IMG/VR virus record: IMGVR_UViG_3300044712_000083
Coordinates: 32,001 to 96,000 of that record
Strand: one strand, 5' to 3'
DNA from: a virus
DNA length: 64,000 nt
The translations under genes and the position numbers were made by a program. The notes under the pieces are model-generated. The model was given only the letters and a program-made list of their open reading frames with translations. It did no database searches and was not told the DNA's origin. Shown piece after piece: positions 45,608 to 55,176 of this stretch. Within the stretch, counting starts at the first letter, position 1; each line of letters starts with the position of its first letter.

Positions 45608-48600
45608 TTATAGGTTTTTAATTGCTCTAGCTAGATTACCACCATTTCTTGTAAGTACATCTTCTGTATCATCATCACTACTAGCTTTAGTCTTTTTAAT
45701 TGTGTAACCTTTAATGTTTCCATATGGATCGTATTGAGGAAGTAATGTATTACCGCTCTCATCATCAATTACTCCCATACCTCTAGACTTACTTGAACCT
45801 CCTCCAGACATATTGAAAAAAGTATTATACAATGGATTTTTGTAAGCTTGTCCGCCAGGAGTGTAGTTAAATGCTGGGAACGTAGCACGTGCAACATTAA
45901 ATTGCATTTGCTCATTTCTAGCTTTAGCAATCTTCTCGCCAATAGATTCCAATGCAGCTTGAGTTTGTTTAATTGTATTTTGCTTAGCTCCAACCATCTT
46001 ATCAGCTTGGTCAGCATACAATTGAATGTTAGCCATTTTAGCTTGATTCAATGCATCTGTATTAGCTTTCATTACATTAAATCTCTGTTCTTGATTTGCT
46101 AGTAAAGCTTTTGATCTAATTTGATTCTTAGCATTGTAAGCTTGAGCAGCTGCATTTGCAGCAAGTTCAGGATTATTTTGCATTAATCTATATGCAGCAT
46201 TTGCTTCAGAAGTAACTTGATTTATCTGATCATCCATTCCGATAGAATACGGAGCAATCAATTCAGGAGTGTATGATTGTGCAAACACTGGCTCTTGCTG
46301 ATTGTTAGCTAATGCAAAACGCTCTCCTAGTAATTGATTAGCATCTAATTTATATTGATCAGAACCTTGAACAAAAGGAACAAGTGAATTAAGTGCAGAT
46401 CCAAATATATTAAGTAATGAGTTATCTTTTGGAGTAGCGGCATTCTTTTTTGCTTTACGTAACTTCTCTTCTGCCTCAGATACCCCTGGAGTGAATACTC
46501 TAGATTCAGCAGGCATCCAGTTTGGTACATTAGGAGCATATTCTTTTGGTTCTTCTCCTTTAGGAATTGGTTGTACAGCTGTATCAATACTAGTATTCCT
46601 AGGCTCAACTGTGTCATATATCTTTTTTGTTACAGCTTTACCAAGTGCATTTGTTGCTGGTCCAAATCTACCATCTACAACACCCTTCTTTGTAACTTTC
46701 TTCATTCCTGTAATTCTCTTAACCTCATCTGCACCAAGTGCTTCAAGAGCTGCTTTTTGGAATTTACCAATAGCCATCGCATCTTTAGTCTTTACAGCTG
46801 TTTGATACAATGCAGCAAGATCACCAAGAGTTTTCATATTCAAGCCATCTTTACCAAGAGCTAAACCATGTCTACCATAGATGTCTGATTCTTTCAATGG
46901 TGTAATCTTACCCTTAGCAAGATCTGCAGCTTTGTAACCAAACTCTTGAGCAGTATCTTTAATTGCATTCTGTAAAATAGCATATTCTTGATTCTGTTGA
47001 CCAAGTTGACCTAGTTTCATCTTAGCACCATCCTCAATAGCCTTAGCTGTATTTAATCTAATCTTATCTATAGTAGTATAAGTCTTTGTTTTATTAGCTA
47101 AGTCTGCAGCTTTTTGTAAAAGTTTAGTTTGTTTTTGTTCTTTCATAGCAATGTCTTTAACATCTTTTTTAAACTGTCTATTAGTTATAGGATTAACCAT
47201 TGCTCCAACTACAATCTTATCACCAGAATTTCCGCCATTTTGCATACTCATTACAGGCTCATTAGTTTCAATCTCTGCTTGTGCATCATCTATTGTACCA
47301 CCTTGCTCATACCCTACACCAATTCCTGTTTGTCCTGTACGAGAATCTCTCTTATCATGAGAGTTTCCTACAGCAAGATCTATTGTTGTACCTGTAACAG
47401 GGTTGTATGATAATGGTTCAAATCCTCCACCCCACAATGCATGTAGTTCACCATCAGAAGTTGAGCCTTGCATTTGTCCACCATATTGCATTTGATATGG
47501 TAAGTCACGTCCTGTGTACATAGCTCTTTCACTAGGTGGAGTGTATTCTTTTAAATGTCCACCTGCGCGTAACATATCAGCATCAGCTGGAGGTGCAAAC
47601 AATTGATCGACATCATAATCACCAAACTTAGCAATTACTTGTGGATTGTATTCTGGATTCATATATCCTCCCTCTTCTAAAGTCATTCCATTTTTAGCAA
47701 ATGACTTATATTTACTTTGCAACAAGTCTTGTGTAGAAGCTGTACCCACTAATCCTATTCCTTTGTTTCTTTTCTTCTCTGCTTCTTCCATGGCATTCTG
47801 ACCAATTATTCCACCAATAAATCCTCCAGCGGCTGAACCTATTGCTGAACCAGCAGGACCAAAATATGCACCAGCTAGTCCACCAATAGCAGATCCTGTA
47901 TCAGCTGCTGTATTAGTTTTAAACTTTCCTCCACTAAATGCAGATCCTGCAGATCCTCCTATTGCACCAAATGTTGGAGCAAATTTAGCATAGTCTATAG
48001 TTCCTCCAGTTTGGAATTGTTTAATGTTACTGTCACCTAATGGTTCAAATCCAAGATCAGAATACAAGTCACCAGGATTGTACATGTTCTGAATCTCTGT
48101 AGGATTACCACCAATCTCAGATCCATTTCTAGATAAGTAAGTGAAGTTAGGATCTCCTAAAGGTTTGTACATTTGTCCTGGAGTAGTTCTTGAATCTTCA
48201 GGACGCATAATTCTTTGCGGATATTGTTCAACTGGTTTGATGCCTTTTTCAAGATCAGCTATCTTAGCAAGAGCATCCATTTTTCTAAGTTGATCTCTTT
48301 CTTCAGATAATGCTTGAAGACCTCCTACAATACTATTAGCAGAACTTAATGCTGTTTTAATAAACTTTTCATTACGTTCTTTCTTAGCTTTTTTTGCAGC
48401 AGCATAAGAATCTTCAACCGAAATACCTTTATCAATAGATTTATCCATTGCATCCGTAGTAGATTGAATATTCACAGGAGCTTGAGCTTTTTTTATAACA
48501 GCACTATACTGAGCCTTCTGTAATTTTTTACCATGCTTCTCCATGAAAGCCTCCTCTGTAGGATACTTCTTGTAGAATTCAGCTTCTGTTTTAACTCCAG

Positions 48601-48625
48601 CAATTTTTAAGATTTGAGCTTTCAT
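45608..48625 (-). CDS. Virion cargo / ejection protein with a glycine-zipper segment and many xxxGG motifs
   Basis: GSAIGGLAGAYFGPAGSAIGSAAGGFIGGIIG; VDGRFGPAT (PG-binding-like); Gln/Ala/Asn-rich C-terminus. Confidence 0.75.
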   Translation of the reverse strand: MKAQILKIAGVKTEAEFYKKYPTEEAFMEKHGKKLQKAQYSAVIKKAQAPVNIQSTTDAMDKSIDKGISVEDSYAAAKKAKKERNEKFIKTALSSANSIVGGLQALSEERDQLRKMDALAKIADLEKGIKPVEQYPQRIMRPEDSRTTPGQMYKPLGDPNFTYLSRNGSEIGGNPTEIQNMYNPGDLYSDLGFEPLGDSNIKQFQTGGTIDYAKFAPTFGAIGGSAGSAFSGGKFKTNTAADTGSAIGGLAGAYFGPAGSAIGSAAGGFIGGIIGQNAMEEAEKKRNKGIGLVGTASTQDLLQSKYKSFAKNGMTLEEGGYMNPEYNPQVIAKFGDYDVDQLFAPPADADMLRAGGHLKEYTPPSERAMYTGRDLPYQMQYGGQMQGSTSDGELHALWGGGFEPLSYNPVTGTTIDLAVGNSHDKRDSRTGQTGIGVGYEQGGTIDDAQAEIETNEPVMSMQNGGNSGDKIVVGAMVNPITNRQFKKDVKDIAMKEQKQTKLLQKAADLANKTKTYTTIDKIRLNTAKAIEDGAKMKLGQLGQQNQEYAILQNAIKDTAQEFGYKAADLAKGKITPLKESDIYGRHGLALGKDGLNMKTLGDLAALYQTAVKTKDAMAIGKFQKAALEALGADEVKRITGMKKVTKKGVVDGRFGPATNALGKAVTKKIYDTVEPRNTSIDTAVQPIPKGEEPKEYAPNVPNWMPAESRVFTPGVSEAEEKLRKAKKNAATPKDNSLLNIFGSALNSLVPFVQGSDQYKLDANQLLGERFALANNQQEPVFAQSYTPELIAPYSIGMDDQINQVTSEANAAYRLMQNNPELAANAAAQAYNAKNQIRSKALLANQEQRFNVMKANTDALNQAKMANIQLYADQADKMVGAKQNTIKQTQAALESIGEKIAKARNEQMQFNVARATFPAFNYTPGGQAYKNPLYNTFFNMSGGGSSKSRGMGVIDDESGNTLLPQYDPYGNIKGYTIKKTKASSDDDTEDVLTRNGGNLARAIKNL

Positions 48626-48626
48626 A

Positions 48627-51600
48627 TTAATCTTGGTATTTATCTAACCAGCCGCCTGGTTGTTTAGTGTTGTAATTAGTAAAGTTAGTTAATTGGTCCA
48701 GCTTTGTCAACTGTCCTCCTTGTTTCATCATAGGGTACTCTGTAACAGAATCTCCAATGTATTGATACTCTTGGTTAGGATACATCATTTGCATGTCTCC
48801 TGTGTCAGATATACCTAGTACAGGATAAGGTACACCTTTCATTGTTATCTTATTAGATTTGATCTTAGTAACTTTTCCAGGATGAGCCCATTGTCCCATA
48901 TCATCTTCAATCACAGAACCGTTCTTAGAGATTGATTTAGGTTTGAAGTCTAAACCATTCTGATAAAACTGCATTCCATTTTGTGCCATAGGTAATCCTT
49001 GTTGAGGATCATTGGCTGCAATAGTATTTAATAGTTCAACAACATCCTCAGGACTCATTATTTTTAAAAGATCTCTTAGTCCAGAGACTTTACCTTTTAA
49101 ACTATTAACATGTTCAAGTGTAGCTTTATCTGTTTTAGGATCATAATACTGATATTGATTATCACTTGATTTAAAACCTGAACCAAAACCTGAACCAGAA
49201 GATTGAGCACCTACATTATTACTTTCATCATTTTTTATTAATAAAGGATATTTCTTCAATGCTCCACGAATCTCTTGAAGTCTACCTGTAACTTCTGTTG
49301 GCTCACTTAAATACCTATATTTATCCACACCAACCTTTTCTAACTTCTTACTTACTTGTTCAGAAGTTCCCATTGTTTTATTAGAAATTAAATTCTTTTC
49401 ATACTCAGTTAGATATCTTCCCCCATCATCATAAGCATGTCTAAATTCATGTCTTACTGTATTTCCAAATTCATCAATACCATACTTATCTAAATTATCA
49501 CTTAATGATATTAATGCACCTTTATTTTCAGGATCATAGTAACCAAGTACAGGACCTGTACCACTAGCTGTTCCACTACCTGTAACAAACTCTACTGTAG
49601 GATTAGCTAATTTACTTTCTCTTTTAACAAGTAGTTCCTTTGTTCTTTTATCTAAAGCATCTTTATCTACAGCACCTAAATCAATATTTTGTTCAGCAGC
49701 CATATCATGTCTAACTGCATCTTCAAGCATGTTATATCTAAACTTAGATCTACCTTCTTCAATAATATCCAAAGGTGCTCTATTCATTATCTCTTCTTCT
49801 TGCTTAATTCTTCTTTTATTTTTTGTAGTTGATTGTTTAACAGGTTCTGTTTCATTTAATTCTATACCATCTACTGCAGAAGGTAATGTCTTCTTAGCAT
49901 ACGGACCATTGCTAGGAGCAGGATTGTTTGTACGTGCGTATGTGAATCCTACAGCTCCTGGAAGAGAGCCCCCCATTGCATAATCTCTAGTTTTAAATAG
50001 TAAAGGAATGTTCTTATTCTTTTCTACATAGTCATGTCTAAACTTAGCAAAGTCTTCAGCAGATTGTATAGTTTTAAATGGACCACCTAAATGTTCTCCT
50101 GTAAAATTAAACAATCCTTCAGGATCCTCCACTAATCTTCCTTGTTTAAATCCTGGAACTAAGTAGTACTCACCATCTTTACCAACTGTTGTAGAATACT
50201 CTGTAGATATTCCGTTTTCTCTTGGATTATATCCAATATTTTGAAAAGTTTGAGTTGGTTGTAAGAACTTCTTAACAGGTCCACCATCTTCAAACTGTCC
50301 TCCCCATGCAGGAGAATAGTTACGTCCTACGTTACTATATCCACTACCTTCATATCCTTCAGGAGCTGAGACTGTATAGTTGTTAGCATTTAAGTCTCCA
50401 CCATCTTCATACTTATCTAACCAACCTCCTTCTTTAAATTGTAAGAATGGTTTAGTAAGTTTAATCTCAGTAGTTGGAGTTATAGAATTGATAGGAGCAT
50501 GTTGCTTAATATTGCTCTTTACTTTATTTAAGTAATCAAATCCTTCAAACTTTGGGTTATCTTTAAACTCATAGAAGTAATCTACAAGTTCTTGATTGTT
50601 AGCTTTACTTGGAGAGTTCCAAGATAACGTAGCCATATCATATAACTTCTGATCACTCCAATCAGGATGCTTCTTTGCTAATGAATTTTTTAAATCATAG
50701 AAGTTAGCTATTGCTGCAGTTAATTCATTTTCAGCACTGTTGTAAAAATCATTCTTACCACCTTTACCTATTTTTAAATCTCCTTCAGTTAAACCTAATC
50801 TCTTTGCTGTTTTAGATAAGTATTTTTGTCTAAATGTACCAACAGATGGATCTGTATTAGATAAAGCAAAAGGCTTTGGTCTATTATAAGTAGTAGTATA
50901 TAAACTCTCCAATGCTTCATTAAATGAAATACCTTCTTTCTCTGCTAGTTTACTAGCTTCCATTTGCATTTTACTTTTGCCAGGAAATTCTAATAAATCT
51001 GGATTCTCTACATATTTTCTATTGCCATATTCTTTAACAGCATTTATAACTTCCTTAACAGGTTTAGTTAATCCTACTTCTCTTAATTTATCTTGAATTA
51101 GTACTTTGGCTTTAGTTAAACCTTTTGCCATTTTACCAGACATCTTAGATTCTTGGATACCAATACCTAATACATGTCTGAAGATTTGATCAAGCTCATC
51201 TGCATGAATACCTAAGTTACCAATTAATGTAGGTTTTATTTTATCATAAACTTCTTTATAAGGTTCTAGTTCTGGACTCACTCCAAAATCTATTGTACCT
51301 GTATTTAAGTTTATATCATTTAGAATAGCTCTCTTTGCAATCTCTTTGGACTTACCTACAAATTGCTGAGGTCTAACAATACTTCTAATTCCTCGATTAG
51401 AAGCAGCATTATAATAAACATTGTTTTGTATAGGCACAGTAATTAACCTACCATCAAAACTTTCACCAATCAATAGATTATTTCCATCTGGACTCATGCC
51501 CACAACAGTTGCTCTATGATTAACACGTGGTTCTTTAAGATTTCCAGTAAGAGGAGATTGTTGAGGATGTGCAAGAAATGCGTCTGGACCAAACATCACT

Positions 51601-54290
51601 TGATCACCAACTTGTACATTTTTTAAAATATCCGAATTAAGTGGTCCGTGTGTACCTTCATTATATACTAACTCTCCCTCATTCTTTAACATCTGATATG
51701 TAGTGTACCAAGCATTGTCTGCATTAGCAGCATAGTTATATGCTTCACCAGGAAGTATTTGTCTACTAACACTTGATGCTATAGAATTTGCAATCTTTGC
51801 ACATTCTGCATCAGATCCACACCCATGCATTAATTTATTTCTCTGGTATAGATGACTTAAGTTTTTATCATATACTAGTTTCTTAAATTCTTTACTTGTT
51901 TTATAACCTGTTGGAAATAACCCACTACCAGACCCTGGTTCATAAATAGGTAGCTTGTATTGTTCTGCTAATTCTGGATAAGCATCCAAATGCTGATCTA
52001 TACTGCTAGAAAAGTCTCTACCTATATTAGTGTCAAATAAATCATCTATAATATGAGAAGGTCTTATGTAACGCTTTGGCTCAGCACTAGTATTAATACT
52101 AGGTGTTCTACGCAGTGCACTAACTGCTTCTCCTAAAGTAGATCTTACTCCTGGTAATGCAGATGCTACAAACGGTAAAGCATTTAATGCTGTATATCCT
52201 GTTTGCAAAGATGCATCTGCTATATTTCCTGAAGTAGGATCTTTAAAAGCTTTCTTAACTGACTGTGCAACATTAGGTATATTATTAGCTGCCTCATATG
52301 CAAATCCAGCATTCAAAAGATTATTAGCAGTTAATCCTGCTACTCCAGCTATAGGAGCTTCCATTGCTGCTCCTATGTATGGTAATATTGCAGGACCAGC
52401 TACAGCACCCGCAGCTATGGCAGGAGTTGTATACATGAACTGATTAGCAGCTACATCACCTGCTGTTGGATTGTATCCAGTAGGGGTTAATGAACCAAAG
52501 GTTTGGGCAAGCTGAGAGTTATTAATCATATCTTGTCTCTCTCTAGCTTTTTTAACTGCAGCTCTTTGAGAAGGTGATATGTTATCTGCAGAAATATATG
52601 TTTGTCTTTTAGCAGCTTCTGCAGCAAGTCTAGCTTTTTCTATCTCAGCATCTCTTGCTATTTCTTCTTTAGTCTTTAGACGTACTTTAGCTGGTTGTTG
52701 TACAGTTACAGCATCTTTCTTAGCAACAGTACCACTATATTGATATTTATCTAACTCACCCCCATTCTTGTATGGATTAAGAATAGATGTTGTAATTTCT
52801 GAAGGACCTGTTGTATTTTCTACACGTCTAATCAATCCTTTAGGTAATAATATTTCAGATTCATTAGGGAATTTACTATAACTTGTTGCATTAGGAAATG
52901 CATAAGATTGCATTCTGCCACCTGGAAGAATTATATTATCTAAGAATTTATATTCATTTTGGTGATCCATGTTGTAAAAACTAGTAGGTAATGATGTAGA
53001 TAAAAACTCATTGTCTTTATATATATCTCCCACTTGTAATTCTGATCTACGTTTTTTACCAAGAAATGAATTAGTATTAGGATCAATTAAATTTACATCG
53101 TAGTTATTAACTGTTCTATTAACTACTGTTTCTTTATTAATTTTATTTTTTAAAATTGCATCATTTAATCTATCAGATAATGTTGTAAAATGATTTATTA
53201 AATTTTCAGGTAATTTTCCAGTTGCGGATACTCTATTATTAAAATAAGGATAATAACTTTCTGTATAAGCACCCATCAATGCTCGTTCTTCTGGAGTTAG
53301 TTTAGAAAGATCATAACCTTCAGTATCATAGAATTGCTTAGAGGCAACACCTCTTAGATCATAATTACCAGACTTCATGAAACTGTGTTCAGGAGCTATA
53401 TAATCATTTATAGTATATTGTGGCAATCGATCTGCAACTCTTAATCTCATGTTCAATAACATAGCTTGATCAACAGCCTCTCGTGCGTTAAAATCTCCTT
53501 GACTGATTAAGTCAGGTCTTAGTTCATCAACTGCTTTATTATATATTTCCTTTAATTCCTTATCTGAAAACTTAGTAAAATCATTTCCAAGTGCTCGTTT
53601 AGCAAATTCTATATGTTGAGTAGGTTGATAATCAGAGATAGGTCTACCATATTTTTGATGTACGTTACGAGATACACCTGCTGCTTCTTGTAAAACATCA
53701 TTAGTAGTATTAGCTACTTGACCAGCATCAGCAATATAATCTGTTACACCTGCAACTTTTGCAGCATTAGCTGGAATATTTGCAGCATTAGCAAATGGTC
53801 TATATGCTGCTAATCCTAATCCTGTAAGTCCCGCATTAAGTAAAGCAGAACCATAGTTACCTTGCAATGCATCTCTTCCTCCTAAATAACTAGAACCAGC
53901 CATGCTTAATAATGTACCAGCACCTTCAAGATATGGGGAAGCAGGTCCTGTGATTGGAGCAATCAGTTCTAGTCCACCGCCAATATATTGAGCCTTATTA
54001 GCAACATCGTCATACATCTTTTGTCTCTGCTCTTGTGTAGCTATGTCTTCCATAGCTTGCTTCATAGCAGGAGAAGCAGATGTACCTAGTTTATTAATGT
54101 AAGTTTTTCTCTTAGCTACCTCCTCATTAAACTTATCTTTTCGATTAGCTTCTATTCTTTTCAATTCTTGAGAATCCAATACCTTTGGAATAACTACTTT
54201 ATCTTTCTTAACAGTAGTTAATCCAAATGGATCTAAATTACCATCGTAAGCATATTTATCTAACCAACCTGAAGATTTCTGCTTTCCCAT
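48627..54290 (-). CDS. Multi-effector cargo polyprotein (R-S-E ADP-ribosyltransferase, CHAP-like, lysozyme-like, HExxH metallopeptidase)
   Basis: AYT...VNR...FLSTS...ESEILLP; CAK...GDQVMF...NH...IGES; QES...GTFRQ...SWN; HEFRH...EPTE; domains separated by G(W/E)LDKY and xxxGG motifs. Confidence 0.8.
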   Translation of the reverse strand: MGKQKSSGWLDKYAYDGNLDPFGLTTVKKDKVVIPKVLDSQELKRIEANRKDKFNEEVAKRKTYINKLGTSASPAMKQAMEDIATQEQRQKMYDDVANKAQYIGGGLELIAPITGPASPYLEGAGTLLSMAGSSYLGGRDALQGNYGSALLNAGLTGLGLAAYRPFANAANIPANAAKVAGVTDYIADAGQVANTTNDVLQEAAGVSRNVHQKYGRPISDYQPTQHIEFAKRALGNDFTKFSDKELKEIYNKAVDELRPDLISQGDFNAREAVDQAMLLNMRLRVADRLPQYTINDYIAPEHSFMKSGNYDLRGVASKQFYDTEGYDLSKLTPEERALMGAYTESYYPYFNNRVSATGKLPENLINHFTTLSDRLNDAILKNKINKETVVNRTVNNYDVNLIDPNTNSFLGKKRRSELQVGDIYKDNEFLSTSLPTSFYNMDHQNEYKFLDNIILPGGRMQSYAFPNATSYSKFPNESEILLPKGLIRRVENTTGPSEITTSILNPYKNGGELDKYQYSGTVAKKDAVTVQQPAKVRLKTKEEIARDAEIEKARLAAEAAKRQTYISADNISPSQRAAVKKARERQDMINNSQLAQTFGSLTPTGYNPTAGDVAANQFMYTTPAIAAGAVAGPAILPYIGAAMEAPIAGVAGLTANNLLNAGFAYEAANNIPNVAQSVKKAFKDPTSGNIADASLQTGYTALNALPFVASALPGVRSTLGEAVSALRRTPSINTSAEPKRYIRPSHIIDDLFDTNIGRDFSSSIDQHLDAYPELAEQYKLPIYEPGSGSGLFPTGYKTSKEFKKLVYDKNLSHLYQRNKLMHGCGSDAECAKIANSIASSVSRQILPGEAYNYAANADNAWYTTYQMLKNEGELVYNEGTHGPLNSDILKNVQVGDQVMFGPDAFLAHPQQSPLTGNLKEPRVNHRATVVGMSPDGNNLLIGESFDGRLITVPIQNNVYYNAASNRGIRSIVRPQQFVGKSKEIAKRAILNDINLNTGTIDFGVSPELEPYKEVYDKIKPTLIGNLGIHADELDQIFRHVLGIGIQESKMSGKMAKGLTKAKVLIQDKLREVGLTKPVKEVINAVKEYGNRKYVENPDLLEFPGKSKMQMEASKLAEKEGISFNEALESLYTTTYNRPKPFALSNTDPSVGTFRQKYLSKTAKRLGLTEGDLKIGKGGKNDFYNSAENELTAAIANFYDLKNSLAKKHPDWSDQKLYDMATLSWNSPSKANNQELVDYFYEFKDNPKFEGFDYLNKVKSNIKQHAPINSITPTTEIKLTKPFLQFKEGGWLDKYEDGGDLNANNYTVSAPEGYEGSGYSNVGRNYSPAWGGQFEDGGPVKKFLQPTQTFQNIGYNPRENGISTEYSTTVGKDGEYYLVPGFKQGRLVEDPEGLFNFTGEHLGGPFKTIQSAEDFAKFRHDYVEKNKNIPLLFKTRDYAMGGSLPGAVGFTYARTNNPAPSNGPYAKKTLPSAVDGIELNETEPVKQSTTKNKRRIKQEEEIMNRAPLDIIEEGRSKFRYNMLEDAVRHDMAAEQNIDLGAVDKDALDKRTKELLVKRESKLANPTVEFVTGSGTASGTGPVLGYYDPENKGALISLSDNLDKYGIDEFGNTVRHEFRHAYDDGGRYLTEYEKNLISNKTMGTSEQVSKKLEKVGVDKYRYLSEPTEVTGRLQEIRGALKKYPLLIKNDESNNVGAQSSGSGFGSGFKSSDNQYQYYDPKTDKATLEHVNSLKGKVSGLRDLLKIMSPEDVVELLNTIAANDPQQGLPMAQNGMQFYQNGLDFKPKSISKNGSVIEDDMGQWAHPGKVTKIKSNKITMKGVPYPVLGISDTGDMQMMYPNQEYQYIGDSVTEYPMMKQGGQLTKLDQLTNFTNYNTKQPGGWLDKYQD

Positions 54291-54291
54291 A

Positions 54292-55158
54292 TTACTTGTA
54301 AGAGATTTGACTTGGAGCTAAAATGAATTGAGATACTAAATGAACTGTAGAACTATTATCTAAAATGTGTCTCACTTTTAAATCTTTAGCTCGTAGAGGT
54401 GCTTTGTTAAATGAACGTGTAGTATAATCTAAATTGCTTAGATTAAGCTCTTTATCTATTGATAAAGATTGACAAGTTGTACCGAACATTGGCTGGTTTG
54501 GATTCTTAAGAATAGACCAGAAAGTATTGTATTGATAGAAGTTGTCGGATTTGGTTACTAATATACTCTTACTATCGTTAAAATACAAGGGGTAAGCCAT
54601 ATATGCAGCAAGATTATTTTGTGGTTTAGGTACCAAGTTCAATAAACCTGTACATTGCTGACCATTATATAGGATAGCTTTGTTAAAATATTTATTAGTT
54701 TGGATTACTGCATTGTCATTAAATACACCATCTGGTATAGGAAGATATTCGTAAGCTTTAGTAAAGTCTACAATATTTTGTAAAATCTCATCTTGTACTT
54801 GATAAGCTATTGGATACTCAATAATGTATGGCTCAACATTACCATAGAACTTGTTATAGTTAATAACATCAGTTAAATGTCTCCATAGAGATGTTGTATT
54901 AGTAGGAGTGAATACAATATTATTAATCTGAGCATTTGTTAAGTATTGAATATCAATGGACTTAACTGTCTTACACTTACCTATAGATGACAATACAATC
55001 TTAGTCGCAGCGTCACTTACATTATTATAAGTGACACCAAGAATCAATTGTTGTTTTGTAACACCGCCCCCTAAAAACGTTCCGATATTATCTCGAACGT
55101 CAAATGGACCGACACCATCTCCAGCACTTTCTAATTTTACAATTACTGTTTTAGGCAT
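54292..55158 (-). CDS. Probable C-terminal part of a split tail stabilisation (muzzle) protein, with an extra N-terminal beta domain
   Basis: LWRH...YNKFYG...PYIIEY segment; same frame as the upstream gene, separated by TAA TAA. Confidence 0.6.
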   Translation of the reverse strand: MPKTVIVKLESAGDGVGPFDVRDNIGTFLGGGVTKQQLILGVTYNNVSDAATKIVLSSIGKCKTVKSIDIQYLTNAQINNIVFTPTNTTSLWRHLTDVINYNKFYGNVEPYIIEYPIAYQVQDEILQNIVDFTKAYEYLPIPDGVFNDNAVIQTNKYFNKAILYNGQQCTGLLNLVPKPQNNLAAYMAYPLYFNDSKSILVTKSDNFYQYNTFWSILKNPNQPMFGTTCQSLSIDKELNLSNLDYTTRSFNKAPLRAKDLKVRHILDNSSTVHLVSQFILAPSQISYK

Positions 55159-55176
55159 TTTCTTTTCTTTTATTTA

